From contig MU006090.1 in NCBI GenBank assembly GCA_010093705.1, positions 1,019,817 to 1,083,816 on the forward strand: 64,000 nt of DNA, in the 5' to 3' direction. Under the pieces are notes generated by a model. That model ran no database searches and had not been told where the DNA came from. It was given only the letters and a program-made list of their open reading frames with translations. The translations under genes and the position numbers were made by a program. This DNA is from Patellaria atrata CBS 101060 (Eukaryota). This document shows, piece after piece, positions 62,300 through 64,000 of the stretch (positions within the stretch are counted from its first letter, which is position 1; every line of letters begins with the position of its first letter).

Positions 62300-63301
62300 C
62301 TACTTGTCAAGCCCTTTAGCTTTAATAAACCGATGGACCTTATCTTTACAGTCTTTCTCGCTATATGTCTCCCACACCTCGTAAAGCGATATCAGCTCCT
62401 GAGTACAATCAACTATAGCTTCCACATCGATGGAACTTTCAGCTAACCAATTTACCAACTTCTGCACCCTGCTCTGAGCTCCGGAAGCTCCTATGCCCTG
62501 CATATTTCCTAGCGCTTGGAGTGCATTTGACACTCCAACAGAGTGTACTTGTAAAGAGCTCTGCGTTGGTTTGAGCACCACCGAAAGGAAAATGGCCGTA
62601 ACGGCAATGATATGAGGAGGATACAGGAGGGGCAAGTCAGTCAGATAGTGATCATTGATGATCGACCAGGCCAAGGATATCTCGTCCTGTGTCAGTGAAA
62701 AATTGCCTTGTAAGTCTGTTAGGCTACGGTACGGATGGTGCACGATGAGTTGAGAGTTCATTTCCGCTATCAAACTGAACTCACACTCTCCGAGCTTGGG
62801 CGTATCTGCTAGAAAGACGTCTGTAAACATGACTTAGCTTATACAATCATGTCTTGTATTCTCTTTCCTACCTGGCCAGGTATTGCGTGCTTCCGCGACG
62901 ACTAGTCTGATATGTTGAGGGCACTCCTCCATTTTACACGCCAAGTAAAGTGCAGTGGCCATCACAAGAAAGGGGTTTGTTCGTCGAATTTCTATCTTTG
63001 TGTAAAACCGACGGAGGTATACCTGGGCTGTAGCTAGAGGCTGCTGTCGAAGGGACATGCGTCTCCCCAGCTTGGTAAATTCTGTTCCATATTGATTAGC
63101 CTCTTGACGAAAGCATGGCTGCTTTATATAGGTGCCCTTACGGTGATAAAAGTATATGTTAAGGTGCCGTCGCTCCGGAAGAGGGTATTGTGATACTAGG
63201 GCACGATCTTTTGCCTCTAACTCGCTCCTGATATTCGCAAGCTGCGCTTTGGAGAACGTCCAGTTCGCCCTTTGGGTCGAATCCCAATAATTCGCTGCCA
63301 T
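62300..63301 (-). CDS. SSN8: Mediator kinase-module cyclin C (Ssn8/Srb11)
   Basis: [67 protein letters not shown]; two introns. Confidence 0.96.
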
Positions 63302-63857
63302 GATGTGGTCACTCAGATTGTATCCTGAAGGGTCTTACGGCCGGATATAGATGGAGCGATTAAGAAGCATATGGACGAGCGAGATCATGGTTACATCCGA
63401 AGTCTAAAGGTTAGTAGTTGAGGATTCTTGATGAAATAGCTCAATAGCTATGGAAACTTGATTCAAGAAGCCATGTGCGCAGAAAGAGAGTATCTGTGGG
63501 AATATCAGATACTTAACTTCTTCCAAACCCGCGCGAGGTGTGGTTAAACCCTCCAACTGCACTTGTCTGGTGCCATTGAGAAGAGACAAGATGACTTGCA
63601 TGAGGAAGTCCATCCGAAGTTGTTCCGAACGATTTTGAGGAGAGACTAATGTCAAATCCCAACCTCTTTAGACTACAGCATCATAGGCTTGGAACTCAGA
63701 ACCCCACTGCTTCACATTCATCTCGAATTCATGCTTCAACTGTATCTTACCGAACCCTTTATCGCATGGTCATACTGCCTCTATAGCTTCTCCTCGATCT
63801 TTGCAGAGCCTGGCTCGAAGCGATGATAGATAAGGGTCCTTTTGATCCCTGGAGAAG

Positions 63858-64000
63858 ATGAGCTACGAGTCTGGCAACGCGCAGGACGCGAGGGTGGAAG
63901 CGCTGTGGGCGACTTTAGATACAAAGAAGGAAGGCCACCTGGATCTTGCTGGCCTAAAGAAGGGACTGAGAAAAATCGATCATCGTACGTCACTCTTTTG
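63858..64000 (+). CDS. SAL1: Ca2+-binding mitochondrial ATP-Mg/Pi carrier (Sal1/SCaMC type), first exon only
   Basis: MSYESGNAQDARVEALWATLDTKKEGHLDLAGLKKGLRKIDH followed by a GTACGT donor; EF-hand-like start typical of this family. Confidence 0.7.
   Translation, partial: MSYESGNAQDARVEALWATLDTKKEGHLDLAGLKKGLRKIDHRTSLF

Overview
Gene-dense eukaryotic DNA from a filamentous ascomycete (Pezizomycotina; Dothideomycete-like by protein similarity, not proven), with short GT-AG introns and CTRAC branch points. About 30 intron-containing genes are recognisable. Most are housekeeping: CIA30-like, GH17 Bgl2, GLE1, LEO1, MOB2, ARF1, RPL1, MIX23, CDC9, CAF40, UBTD-like, SFH1, ERV29, PET8/SAM5, SWT21-like, SSN8 and partial SAL1. 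Accessory genes include a CorA-like protein, a GNAT, an MFS transporter, a PTH11-like receptor, an AA11 LPMO, a nucleoside hydrolase, a secreted protein and several hypotheticals. No transposon ORF, CRISPR array, rRNA or canonical tRNA was seen. The two strongest unexplained signals are (1) a ~150-nt tRNA-like but non-cloverleaf structured RNA with Pol III A/B boxes and a T-run terminator at 34151-34304, and (2) a dense cluster of HMG-box-type CAATAG/CAAAG motifs, next to an 8-bp-period inverted repeat array, upstream of a small uncharacterised putative nuclear protein gene (38912-40470). All gene identities come from recalled family motifs, not database searches. CDS coordinates span introns and were placed by eye.
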